The notes beneath the pieces are model-generated. The model had not been told where the DNA came from and ran no database searches. It saw only the letters and a list, made by a program, of their open reading frames with translations. A stretch of 64,000 nucleotides of DNA. Source: Octopus sinensis (Eukaryota). Positions 38,761 through 51,552 of the stretch are shown piece by piece (position 1 is the stretch's first letter; every line of letters begins with the position of its first letter). The stretch lies in the NCBI RefSeq assembly GCF_006345805.1, contig NC_043018.1, positions 25,358,001-25,422,000 of the forward strand, in the 5' to 3' direction. Both the position numbers and the translations under genes were made by a program.

Positions 38761-40888
38761 TTCTCTGGGAGAGATACTACTCTCCGACCCCTGTTTTCTT
38801 TTTGTTTTTTAATCTCTCTCTCTCTCTCTATTTATCTATTAATCTATTTATTTGCCTGTCTCTCTTTCTATCTATCTATATATCTATCTAGCTATCTAAA
38901 TACTTGCCTATCTATCTATCTATATGTCTGCTTATCTAATTTCTCTATCTACCGCAGTTTCTATTTCACTTTCTCTCTTACTCCCAAGGAAAGTAGGATG
39001 AGGGTTGGATGGTTTGAAATATAAGGAGAAAAAAAAGAAACGTAATTATTGATAACACTTTTAATGCGAGCTTTAAATCCATCCGCCTCTCCTCCTTTCC
39101 TTGCAACTTCTTCATCCCTCTCGCAAATCCCCAACCATCTTAAATCTGCTGGGTTCGAATTTCGCTTTCTTACTCAGTTTTCTAAAACTTGAGGGCTAGA
39201 TTGCTCAAGCTTTGACATTTGAGAAGAAACTAGAAGGGACGTAACTGCTGTTGGATTTTCTGTTTAGCAAGCCCTTTCAAACTTTCCCTACAGTTCCCGT
39301 ACAGGACTTCAGCCTCGCTAGCTCAAGGAACTGAGTTTCGTGCTCTCCACCCAAACCCCTCCGTTTCTTGAGGGTCGGACGTGGTTGAGCGCGTAAGTCT
39401 TGATGGTTAAGAAGGCATACAAGGGACGAAACTCACACCATTACAATAATCTCATTTCGCTAGCTCTCTCGTTCAAGGTTCACTTTCTTTCTCTTCTCCG
39501 TTTACTTCGGTATAGTAGGTGAAAGAGCCCAAACTTAGAGATTTTGGCAAGCAACACAAGGGATGTAACTGCTGCCTACATTTCGAGCTTTTCTTTCACA
39601 ATTTGTGTAACATTCCCACCCCTTCTCGTAGCTTTTTGATCGTTCTCTAACTTTAGGCCATACACTAATTATTAACTACTCCTTTGCCCAGTATTTCACA
39701 AAGAGGGGAGAGTCGGTAAGACTAATAAATGGGGCGGACAAATTGTTATATTTAATATAATTTTGTGCAACGTCATCGTGAAAATGGATTATATATGTGT
39801 AAACTCTATTTTGTCTTCTGTTTAATAAGGGAGTAATGGCAAAAAATTCCTAATAATTGTGTGAACCACTGCCCTTAGTTCATAGGTTCAACTTTCGGTT
39901 TCTCATTTATAATCCACTCTCTGCTTGGGGCACATGCTTTGAAATTCGAGAAAATGACACAAGGGACATAACTACTGGTTTCTTTTCTGCGAGCGAAAGT
40001 TTACGTAACACTTCCCTTCCACAATATGACCCTTACTCCTGGGTTGTGGTTCGCTCTAACTCCCGCTACCTCTCTTCGCTTGCTTAGGGAGTGTCGGTTG
40101 AGGATTACCTTGAAAACAAGAACACGATACAAGAGACATATAACTGCTTAATCACCGTTTTTTTCTTCTTTGTTGCTTTACAGATTGACGAACCCTTTTC
40201 TTTTCCAAATTTCCTGACTCATCCCGAATTAAATAAGGCAGTTTGTGCGTTGTCATCCACCCTGCTGAATATAACAACCAATAAATCTCTCTCAAATCTC
40301 ATCTTACCATTTTAAAAATTGGATAGTTTTAAAAATTTACTTCTTTTATTTCGACCACGATTACAAACAGAGGATGAAATATCTATAGTTAAGCGTCTGA
40401 GGAAAAGACTAAAAACCCGAAACTCTCTTAAGTTATTATTTGAGAATCAACAAAAACAAAGACGTGTGTGTGTATACAACACATACATATCATCATCGTC
40501 GCCATCATTTGGCGTTTATGCCCCAAGGTGGCGCATGTTAAACGATTTGACAAGATCTGATGGGCCCAGGGGCTCCAGTGTCTGCTTTGATATGGTTTCA
40601 GTGCCCTTCCAAATCACAACCACTTTGCAGCATGTACTAGATCATTGTGTGTGTGTGTGTCCAGTACTTGTGAGGATGACAAGACTATGAACCTAAGGAA
40701 TGAGGGCAAGGGTAGCTATAAAGCTAGGAGATGAGGGGTAACAGTTTGAGAAGTGGCCAGAGCAGAACAGGTTTCTTGTAGAAGAGCTACATGACTATTC
40801 ACAGGAAGAAAGAAGGAGGGACTGATTGGATGAAGTCAAAAAGTGATAAAAATAGTAGTGGTGAGGGTTTGAGTGAACCTTCAAGGTA

Positions 40889-41053
40889 CAGTGACCAGTA
40901 ATAAAGTCACAATTTTGGCTAGGAAAAAAGTCACAATTAATTTATGGTGGACGGTAATAAAGTCACAGGAAAAAAAGTCACAATTTATGGGATCTGGACA
41001 AAACACCCCTAGGCAAAAAACCCTCAGACAAAATTCCCCTAGACAAAACCCAT
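40889..41053. mobile_element. Fragments of foldback/Mutator-like elements with modular subterminal repeats
   Basis: AAAGTCACA x4 followed by GACAAAA..CCCCTA-like units x4. Confidence 0.45.
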
Positions 41054-41789
41054 GTGACTATTACCTGGATTCCAAGGAACAAGGTGGGCAGAAATGAAAT
41101 GAGTGAGGCAGAGGGACCAAAAGTGTGGATGGATGGAAGTTGCAGGAGTGTATGGGGCAAGTAAGAGATGGAGAATGACTTGGATATAGAAGCCAATTAC
41201 TACTACAAACCAACGGACTCTACACAGTACCTACTATTTTCTTCATGCCACCCAAAACACTAAATCCAAAATTCCATTTAACCTAGCTAGAAGAACCCAA
41301 ATATTTGTATTTCAATCTGAATGTTCAGAATAAAAGATTCCTTGAATTCCCCATTCCCCTGTATAAAGTAGGGTTGAAGGATAGTTGTAGTGAATGAAAG
41401 ATGACAAAATGATGCTAGAGTTAGAGGGAATAGGAGATAACTGATTGTATTGAACAACAGGAGAAAGAAATAACATGGGATGGGCAGGCTGCAGGAGTGG
41501 GTGGAGAAGAGAGAGGCAGCCCTTGTACTATATTATATAGAAGAGGGTGAGAGGCATATGGCACTGGAGGAGGAGGAGGAGAGATGATTTGGTGAGTGAT
41601 CAGTAAAAGTGTGGGGGCAGAGGACAATATTTATTTATGGATGAAGAACAAATAACAAATGAAACGGTTCCCGGGAAGTAAGAAAAGAAGGTGGTATCTA
41701 TAATGAACTACAGTAAAGGAGATTCTGGGTGGCAGGGGGTGTTTTGAGGAGGAAGGAAATTCGGTAAAAGGCCCTGTTATCCATTACAC

Positions 41790-42590
41790 AGCGCAACAAG
41801 AACTCAGTTTCACCAAGATGAGTGGGTCTCCTTGAGAACAGCATATTGCAAGTTTTCCTGGTCCTGGTCCTCTGTGAGATTCAAGGTTCTGAGATGAGCC
41901 TTCACCACTTTGCCCTGTATCTTCCTGTGTCTCCTTCCTTATTCCACAAGCTCCATCCACATTAAATGAGTGGCACTTCTTTATACAACAGTCTTCATCC
42001 ATATGCATCATGTCCATACCAGCATATTCTTCTTTCTTGTACACTACATCTGACTCCTATTATGCCCAGATTTTCTCTCAGTATATTCCCATTATTCTGT
42101 TGTGTATGGGGAGAGTAATTTTCTTTTTGTGCCTTATAACTCACTCACTGGTAAAATCTCCACATTTTTCTTATTTTTATTGTCCTAAAATTTTTGTTGC
42201 GTCTTGCAACCTTTTCGATAATTTTAAGAGTCAAAACTATTGGAAAGGTTGCAAGACGCAATGAAAATTTTAGGAAAATAAAAATAAGAAAAAAGTGAAA
42301 ATTTTACTGGTGAGTGTGTTATATTATAAGGCACAAAAAGAAAATGACTCTCCCCAGACACAACAGAATATACTTCATCACACGAACTCATATAAAGAAT
42401 CTTGCAAACCAAATCCAAAAATGAAATATTCCTATTATGTTTTTCATGCACACTTACATCACACATACTTACGAAACATGCTTGCTTAATTTCCTTCTAG
42501 TCTTCTCAAGGCCTCTGCATTCAAAGCTCATGTTTGCAGCATTGTAATTCAAGTGCAAGCATCATACAAACTACCCTTCACTCTGAAGAA
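41790..42590 (-). mobile_element. Degenerate RTE LINE relic interrupted by a fold-back MITE
   Basis: Minus-strand MHMDEDCCIKKCH...VDG matches the 10396 LINE; sequence resumes after 42430. Confidence 0.7.
42093..42370. mobile_element. Long fold-back MITE (~135-bp imperfect arms)
   Basis: TATTCTGTTGTGT.TGGGGAGAGT...TTGCGTCTTGCAACCTTT / AAAGGTTGCAAGACGCAA...ACTCTCCCCAGACACAACAGAATA. Confidence 0.8.
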
Positions 42591-42964
42591 AAAGACTTAT
42601 ATATGTGTATGTACATACATATATGTGTGTGTACACATACACACGGGCACACGTATATATATACATATATATATTATATGTGTGTGTGTGTGTACACATA
42701 CACATGCGTTCATGCACACTATGATCGCTTCATTTGATGTAATAAATCTTTATACTACCATTCTACACAAGTACATACTTGAGGCATTGAATCAATAGCT
42801 TTTTTGGCTAAGAAAATTTCCTGATGAAATTCCAAACTGGAATTCATCACAAGATTAAAATTCGTCCTTCAAAACAATTTCTTCATTTTCAAGGAAAACA
42901 TTATGTAAAGCATAATATGTTATACATGTATGTATATTGTTATAATTGTTTTTTTTTTTAATAA

Positions 42965-43131
42965 ATAAATAGACATAATATAATGTCTAAAAGTTGATGA
43001 GCACCACCTCTTGATCCCCTCCATTTTCTTATTGCTGTACATATATATATATATATATACATATACACAGCAATAAGAAAACGGAGGGGATCAAGAGGTG
43101 GTGCTCATCAACTTTTAGACATTATATTATG

Positions 43132-43140
<9 letters not shown>
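42965..43140. repeat. Near-perfect inverted repeat with 74-bp arms around a (TA)n spacer
   Basis: 42965-43038 is the reverse complement of 43067-43140 with one mismatch. Confidence 0.95.
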
Positions 43141-43174
<34 letters not shown>

Positions 43175-44280
43175 TTACATATACACATTTGTTTTTATAA
43201 GCACTGAAATGTGTACTGTTAGGTACCAATAAGATGGTAATCATTTTTGAACGTAGAGACCCCGTCTCACCCAAAAAGTCAGAAATCTGGCAATTTGGCA
43301 GGAAAGGTATGGTCAAATATATCCGCCTAACTCCAAAACAATAAAAAGCAAGATTATCCTCTGTAGGATTTGAACTCTGAACATAAAGGTTTGGAGTAAA
43401 TATGTATTTTATCCAATATTCTACTGCAGCGAACTTTCTCTCTGTTATATATACATGAGTACAGATGTAATACATAACAGCTAGCCTTTGGCCACTCTTT
43501 TGCACCCTGTTGTGTCCACTACTCTGATTGGTTGGTATTGGTGCACTTTTCTCTCTTGCTCTGTTACATGCCAATGTGCAACCCAACCAATCGCAGCCTT
43601 CTGATAAGGTTACGTGAGACAGTCTCTTCTAAACCTCAATGTGCACCAACTGTTCACTATATAATGCTAGCTTCAACACCGTCTTTCATCTTTTGGTTCC
43701 AGACCTTCTAAGGTCTAACTCACTGACCACAGAGCATACAGCTAGTTTCAGTGACAACACAACAGCAGCCACATGGAGACTCAACTTTGTCCAGCAGCAT
43801 TCAGGACATCCACTCATGTGGTGGAGTGAACAATCACAAACACAAACAGCCACATACATAACCATCCACCCAGGGTTACAAAGTGAATAATAGATATTTC
43901 TTTTCATTATTATACTTCAATGCTTAGTGGTATTTCGTCTGTCTTTACATTCTGAGCTCAAATTCCGCCGAGGTCGACTTTGCCTTTCATCCTTTCAGAG
44001 TCAATAAATTAAGTACTAGTTGCATACTGGGGTCGATCTAATCGACTGGCCCTCTCCCCAAAATGTTAGCATCTTAACGTCGTCAACAACATCTTTCTAC
44101 GTACACAGCAACCAGCAACCCCCGCACAGATTCTATCTCAACACTGTTTGTGAATTACTTCCCCATGGTTAACAGCAAATACAACCTGCGCAAACTCCTG
44201 TACCAAGTAACCTAGCAGTAGCATTGTAGCCACCACTTCGTACAACACGTACCGCACAGGCTCTGCTTCTTCGCCTCAAC

Positions 44281-44517
44281 TTCTTATTTCTTTATTGCCC
44301 ACAAGGGGCTAAACATAGAGGGGACAAACAAGGACAGACAAAGGGATTAAGTCGATTAGATCGACCCCAGTGCGTAACTGGTACTTAATTTATCGACCCC
44401 GAAAGGATGAAAGGCAAAGTCGACCTCGGTGGAATTTGAACTCAGAACGTAAAGACAGACGAAATACCGCCTAGCATTTCGCCCGGTGTGCTAATGATTC
44501 TGCCAGTTCGCCGCCTT
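44281..44517 (-). mobile_element. Young SINE family B copy
   Basis: Full-length reverse-complement copy with CpGs intact. Confidence 0.88.
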
Positions 44518-45423
44518 CAACTTCTTGTTACAGCACTTCAGCTATCGTGTACCTTGACTATGAGCTGGTATTTATCAACCATGTGTTTGAACATTCTTCT
44601 GACGTCATATTATAGACTCTCTCAATGCTCTGTACTTAATGTACACACTTACACATTATGTATACATGACGGCCTGTCTATTATATGTATGTATGTATGA
44701 CGCATACACCCACATGTTAACACATGAATAAAATCTTTCTCTTAAACATTCTTCCGGTTGTGTCTCCCTTTTTCTTCTGGCATTTGTACTCATTCATCTT
44801 TAGTGTATTTATTGTAATCGACCGTGTGATGTACTAAAGGAGCCATTCTCGTCACCTCTCCTTCACACGGTCGTTTACACTACCAATTCTGCCAGTCCAC
44901 CATCTTTTCAATGGAATCTTTTATCTAAGGCGGCAAGCCAGACGAAATGCCTAGCGGTATTTCGTCTGCCGTTACATTCTGAGTTCAAATTCCACCAAGG
45001 TTGACTTTGCCTTTCATCCTTTTGGGGTCAATAAATTAAGTACCAGTTACGCACTGGGGTCGATATAATCGACTTAATCCGTTTGTCTGTCCTTGTTTGT
45101 CCCCTCTGTGTTTAGCCCCTTGTGGGTAGTAAAGAAATATATCTTTTGCCTGTTTCAATCATAGGACTGTAGTCATGCTGGAGCACCGCATTGGAGGGTT
45201 TAGTCAGACAAACTCACTCCAGTGCTTAGTTTTTCTCAGTCCACTACTTATTCTATCAGTCTCTTTTGTTGAACTACTAAGCTATGAGAGACGTACAGAA
45301 GCCAACATTGGTTGTCAGGTGGTGGAGTGAACAATCACAAACACAAACACCCACATACATAACCATCCACCCAGGGTTACAAAGTGAATAATAGATATTT
45401 CTTTTCATTACTATACTTCAATG

Positions 45424-46700
45424 TAAGATGGCGAGCTGGCAGAATTGTTAGCACACTGGGCAAAATGCTTGGAGGCATTTTGTATGTCTTTACATTGTTG
45501 TTTGTTCCTTCTCAAGCCATGCCTGCCTCATAAGGTCTGGTTTCCTGGTTTCATAGGCATATAAATTCCCCACCTGGATGAGATGCTGGTCCGTCGCAGG
45601 TGAGCTGCTAGATGCAGGAGGAAAGAGTGAGAGAAAGTTGTGGAGAAACAGTCAGCAGAAGTTCACCATCACCTTCTGCCAGAGCCGCATAGAGCTTAAG
45701 TGTTTCGCTCATAAACACACACATTGCCTGGTCTGAGATTCAAACCTGTGATCCCTCAACTGTGAGTCTGCTGCTCTAACCACTAAGCCATATGCCTCCA
45801 CTCTACGTTCTGAGTTCAAATTCCGCCAAGATCAATCTTGCCTTTCATACTTTCAGGGTTGATAAATTAAGTAGCAGTGAAACACTGGAGGGGGGGGGGA
45901 GGATCAATGTAATCGACTAGTCCCCTCCCCCCAAATTTTTAGGCCTTGTACCTTTAGTAGAAAGGATCATCATACTACTTAAAGACAGCAAGCTGGCAGA
46001 AATGTTAGCACACCGGGCGAAATGCTTAGTGGTATTTTGTCTGTCTTTACATTCTGAGTTCAAATTCCGCCGAGGTCGACTTTGCTTTTCATCCTTTCAG
46101 GGTTGATAAATTAAGTACCAGTTACGCACTGGGGTTGATATAATCGACTTAATCTGTTTGTCCCCTCTGTGTGTAGCCCCTTGTGGGTTCTGAGTTCAAA
46201 TTCTACTGATGTCGACTTTGCTTTTCATCCTTTCGGAGTCAATAAATTAAGTACTAGTTGCATATTGGGGTCGATCTTATCGACTGGCCCCCTCCCCCAA
46301 ATTTTCAGGCCTTGTGCCTAGAATAGAAAAAAATTGTTAGCATGCCAGGCAAAATGCTTCACGGTATTTCATCTGTCGTAACATTCTGAGACTGAATTCT
46401 GATGAGGACAACTTTTCCTTTCATCCACACAGGGTTGATAAAATAAGTACCAGTTGAATACTGGGGCCAACGTTATCAAGTAGTACTCTCCCCTCAAAGT
46501 TCAGATCTTGTGCCTATAGTAAAAAGTATTATAATGCTACTATGAGCTGGGAGGATCATTTGCACTCCAGGAAAAATGCTTAGTAGTATTTCATTTATCT
46601 TTACGTTCTGAGTTCAAATTCCACTGAGGTCGACTTTACCTTTCATTCTTTCAAGGTCAGTCCCCGAAATTACTGGCCTTGTGCCAAAATTTGAAACTGT
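45424..46700 (+). mobile_element. Head-to-tail cluster of SINE family B copies with a nested minus-strand tRNA-SINE (about 45495-45801)
   Basis: At least five repeats of the TTCTGAGTTCAAATTC...TCATCCTTTC core; the nested element has its own A/B boxes. Confidence 0.8.
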
Positions 46701-49414
46701 TATTATCCTACTATCTTATCCAAAAAGATGGTAAGAAGCTTGCTTCCCAACCACATGGTTCCAGGTTCAGTCCCACTGCATGGTACTTTGGCCAAATGTC
46801 TTCTACTATAGCCTCGGGCCAACCAAAGCCTTGTGAGTGGATTTGGTTGATGAAAACTGAAAGAAGCCTGTCGTATGTGTGTGTATGTGTATGCATATAT
46901 TTGTGTGTGCATCTGTGTTTGTTCTCCCCACCATTGCTTGACAACCAATGATAGTGTGTTTATGTTCCTGTAACTTAGTGGTTTGGCAAAAGAGACCAAT
47001 AGAATAAGTACTAGACTTACAAAGAATAAGTCCTGGGACTGATTTCTTTGATTAAAACCCTTTAAAGTGGTGCTCCAGCATGGCCACAGTCAAATGACTG
47101 ACACAAGTAAAAGAATCTGCTGATTAAAGGAGAATAAGGATTATAAGCTTCTTTTAGCAGAAGCTATGTTGTCAGAAGCAAGTAAAACATTCCTTAAATT
47201 AGCAAGAGATTAGAAACTGGGTTGGTTTTTTTAAAGACAATATGGTACCGAGACAATGAAAATCATGAGAAACTTAAACATGTTTTGTTTGGTTCCCAAG
47301 TTGGCCTTGACTGAACAGATGTATAATCAAAAGACATTCCAGCCAGGACCATCTGATCTTTTTATTTTTGGCAGACAAGGTGTATTTAGAATCACATTAT
47401 CCAGTGCATCCTTCCTTTTTTAAGGTAATAGTGCATGATTTGAGGGACATTTGACAGCTTTTGGCAGGTCAAGTGACCATGTAGCATCTCTTTTGTTGGT
47501 TTCCAATCCTACCCATGCTAGCATAGAAGGCAGACGTTAAACGATGATGATGATGATGATGATGTTATTGTTTAACCCGAGGTCAGCAGACATATGATTA
47601 AAGGTGTTCCAGTTGTGGCCATCCTGTCTCTGTTCCATGTCCAAGGAACCCTGGACTGCATGAACATGATCCCAATAGATCCATTTTTAAGATGGTAATA
47701 TTGTGATTTGAGTAAGATTTGACTGCTATTTCTAGCAAGCTGAGTGACCATGCAGAGACACCATTATTGTGTGTTTATTATTGTATTTTTATTATTGCAT
47801 GAAAGAAAGTGGCTGAATGGTTAGGGTGATTGATTCATAATCAAAGGATATGATTTCAATTCCCAGACTGAGCAATTAACCTTGTAACAGACTGGAATTT
47901 CATTCAATGTAAGTATTGTACATTTTTAAGGTGACAGGGTGATTTGAGGTGGATTTGGTTGCTATTTCTAGCGATTTAGGCAACCACATACGAGCTCTAT
48001 TACTGGCTGACGATTTGCTGTTTGATGACGGAGAACATGATAAGAGCATCTTAAAGAAGATTAAGGCTAGTTAAGGATTAAAGTTATTGCTTCTTGTCTT
48101 TATATTCATTTTCTCTATCCTTTCTTTCCTACAACCCTCCCCCTCTTGCCTCTTCTCTCTCCTTACTCTCTCTTTCTCATTCATTTTTCTCTCACATCTC
48201 CTCTTCTCTTTTATCACCTTATTTTCATAGTTTACTTTCCCTCATCCTCGCTCTCTCTCTCATTCTTCTACCACGCTGTTTCTCTTCTCTTATGTTAGAC
48301 TATTTCCTCGGGAGATCCTCTCTCTCTCTTGCTCTATCTATCTATCCAACTGTCTGTCTGTCCGTCCGTCCGTCTGTCTATCTGCCTGTCAATTTGTCTA
48401 TCTGACTATCTATCTATCTACCTATCTATCCCTATATATAATTAAAATAATGAGGGTACGCTGAGGATTTACAGATATTTTGCATTTTGCAAGTATTAAT
48501 AATGAAATCATGATATGTAGGTAAACATGACGCATCATACTAACCGTGGAGCCTGGAACAATGGATGCAGAGGGTACATGCACACCTCCTAAACTTTTTG
48601 CGGGGTGCAAAACCAAAATTTGAACCCCTACTTACTTTTCTCAGGTTTAGAAAACACTGTGATCTGTGAAAGTAACTTGAATTTAGGTTTGTTTTCAAAG
48701 AGCAAAGAACAAAAATAAATATGAAGAAGAGCACTCAGGGAGTGCAAACTTCCACCAAGACAACACCAACGCCGTCTGAACGATTAACCAGAGATTATTT
48801 TTAAAATGAGAATATCCGAAATAAACTCAACTGCTCTCACAAACGAGGATACTCAAGAATTAAGTAATAAAAAAAAGAAAAATAATCCAAAATCCTTCTC
48901 CAGTACCAGATCAATCCCAAAATCTAATCAGTTTGTGCCAGTCATGAGGCCAAACGTTTCTGAAAATTTCATCTGAATCCATCCAGCGGTTCTTGAGATA
49001 TCTTGTCCATAGACAAACAAACAAACAAACACAACTGAAAACAATACCTCTGCCTTCAATAAGGCAGCAGCAATATAAAGAACAAGACCTTGTTTGAGAA
49101 AAGTTTTGGACCAGAGTTTGCACCCCTAAGCAAATTTCATTCCCGATCCAGTGATACTAACTATATTTGTGTTCAGTATCTTCAGTATTTCACACACAAG
49201 CTGCTCAACCATGTAACAGCACACAATTCATAACCAAGCTTCATACAATCTACTCTTCACTCAGAGAGAAAATCCTTAAAATCTTCCCTATGCTGTTCTT
49301 AACCTGGTTATCATATTTTTGGAACCTTCTCCTCTCTTCCACTGCTAATTAAGTCTCCCAGTTAATAGGAGCTATTGACATCTAAGGATCTCCTAAACTG
49401 TTTGAAGTCATTTC

Positions 49415-49680
49415 ATGTCAGATCTGCAATGCTAGTATGCATGTATGACTAAGAGCTGATGCACTGAGAGAAAAATTAGACACAAGAGGAATCAGGTGTT
49501 GTGTGCAAGAGAAAATATTGCACTGGTTTGGTGACTTGATGTGTATGGATGAGGACAGCTGCATAAAAAAGTGCTGTTTGCTGAAAGTGGATGGAACTTG
49601 TGGAAGACATGGGACAAAGTAGTGAAAGGGGACATGACAAAGGGCTGAGATAATTGGCAATTTTCTGTACTCAAGAAGGC
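49415..49680 (+). mobile_element. RTE LINE 3' fragment
   Basis: Degenerate match to 10580-10960 (GCTAGTATG...GTGCAAGAGA...TGGATGAGGACAGCTGCATAAAAAAGTG). Confidence 0.7.
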
Positions 49681-50769
49681 CCATCGATCACAGCAGAAAC
49701 GATATCAAAAAACTACCTTGGTTATGCTTGTACATGTGGGCCCCTACCCCTGCCTGTTAAGCATTTCCTCCACATCTCAACACCCAATACTTGTCACTTC
49801 TCAATCAATGCTGCTACTCAAGACAGCAAGCTGGCAGAGTTGTTAGCATGCCGAGCAAAATGCTTAGTGGCATTTTGTCTATCTTTACATTCTGAGTTCA
49901 AATTCCACCGAGGTCAACTTTGCCTTTCATCCCTTTGGGAGTCAATTAAATAAGAATCAGTTGATAACTGGGGTCGATGAAATCAACTTACCTCATATAT
50001 CTGAAATTGCTGGCCTTGTGCCCAAACTTGAAACCAGTTGATGCTGCTGCTCGCCTGCTGTAATTACCCAAGAGCAGAATGGACTCTCCCTCCCAGTTCC
50101 TTCATCTTTTCCCCCTGGAACCACCTCCATTTCTCATTATTATCCCTATTCACACACACTATTTCCAATGATCACCTCCCTTCTGTGCCATTTAGCCATT
50201 GCTCTCTCTCTCCTCTGCCATACTTCATTCTTAACATCTCTCTTATCTGCAATCACTTTCAGTGCCCTCTCTAATCTGTCAATCTGTCTCATCTACCACA
50301 GCTCCTGCACTCACAAGCCATGCTCTCTCACTATCTCTCACCATCACTCACTACATGCACCTCTTAGCCTATCCCTAGACATCTTTTTTCTCACTTTTAT
50401 GAAGCATTCTCCGTCTACCCCTCCATCCCAGCAATCCATTGTTGATATCCTCTCCTACACCTACCTTGTATATTTTGAGATGCTCCAGCATCCCATCACT
50501 ACTTCTGTTTTCTTTCCAGCTTTCTATCTACTACCACATACCCTTATATAATACAAAGTAGCCTTGTATCCCAATTGCAAGACATCTGGGCCTATTCTTC
50601 CATCTCACTCTAAGCCTGCCAACGCCTGGCATGGAATAATCATGCCTCCTCTCTCTCTAAAGTTCGTGGCTCAGTGGTTGGAGCATCGAGCTCACAATCA
50701 GAAGGTAGTGAGTTCAATTCCTGGACCGGGCTGTGTGTTGTGTTCTCGAGCAAGACATTTTATTTCACA

Positions 50770-51337
50770 CTAGCGTTGCTTGGGTTTGTTTTTTAGTTGC
50801 ACTTAAAATGACAGACTTTGATGTCGTGTTAACAAAGTTTTGACATGGTTTCAATCTATGAATAAAAGTATAGTGTGGTGATGCTCGAGTTTGCTGCAAA
50901 TATGTAATACCGACTTCAATTGTTGGTTAATATTCCTTCTATTAACATTATGGAAAAAAAATTATTTTCAACTCTTTAGAATTGGAATTTTTGAAAAGTA
51001 AAAATTTTGCATTATGTGGCTTGTTATTCTCTTTAAGTGATCATTTTTCTGGTTGAAATACACCGAAAAATGGCAACACAGCAGTCAAAAAATCGTAAAA
51101 AATAGGGATTTTCATAGAAAAAAAAAAAGCATCTTTTTGATGTAAATAACGTTTGGTCTTAACATGGTCCAATTTGAAATTTTTCTTGTACGGAATGAAG
51201 AGTAAGCCTTCTTCTATCATACTCTCAATCTTGGTCAACTTGCACCGCAGGGTCTCGGAGGAGATAGTGTTAGTTGAAGGCTACTAAACTTGCCACACAC
51301 ACACACACACAGACAACTTCAGCTTTATATTTATAGA
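50770..51337 (-). mobile_element. Non-autonomous Helitron inserted in a family C SINE
   Basis: Minus strand A|TCTATAAATATAAAG...CCCAAGCAACG-CTAG|T with no TSD. Removing it restores the SINE sequence TTTCACATTGC seen at about 21828. Confidence 0.8.
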
Positions 51338-51552
51338 TTGCTTCTGTTCACTCAGCTGTAGAAATTGCGATGTCACTGGTTCTAAGCTGTATCGGTCTTT
51401 GGCTTTCCCTCGGATAACATGGGCGACTGCTGATCTTCCATAAACAACCTTGCTCGGAGAGTAAGTTTCTAGGTGCAATCCCATGGTCATTCATGACAAA
51501 AGGGAGTCTTTACCCTTTAACCCTCTCTCAAATACGAACCCCTTTCCTATTC

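Noticed and set aside
42821-42849. CTGATGA followed by a hairpin, as a hammerhead candidate
   Set aside because: No GAAA after the stem; it is a short palindrome
44816-44878. Hairpin CGACCGTGTGA/TCACACGGTCG in an LTR-like segment (about 43460-44885)
   Set aside because: Probably part of a decayed retroelement; no paired LTR, primer-binding site or ORF could be established
50664-50730. tRNA-like sequence with A and B boxes
   Set aside because: No complete cloverleaf; it continues into SINE body, so it is a SINE head
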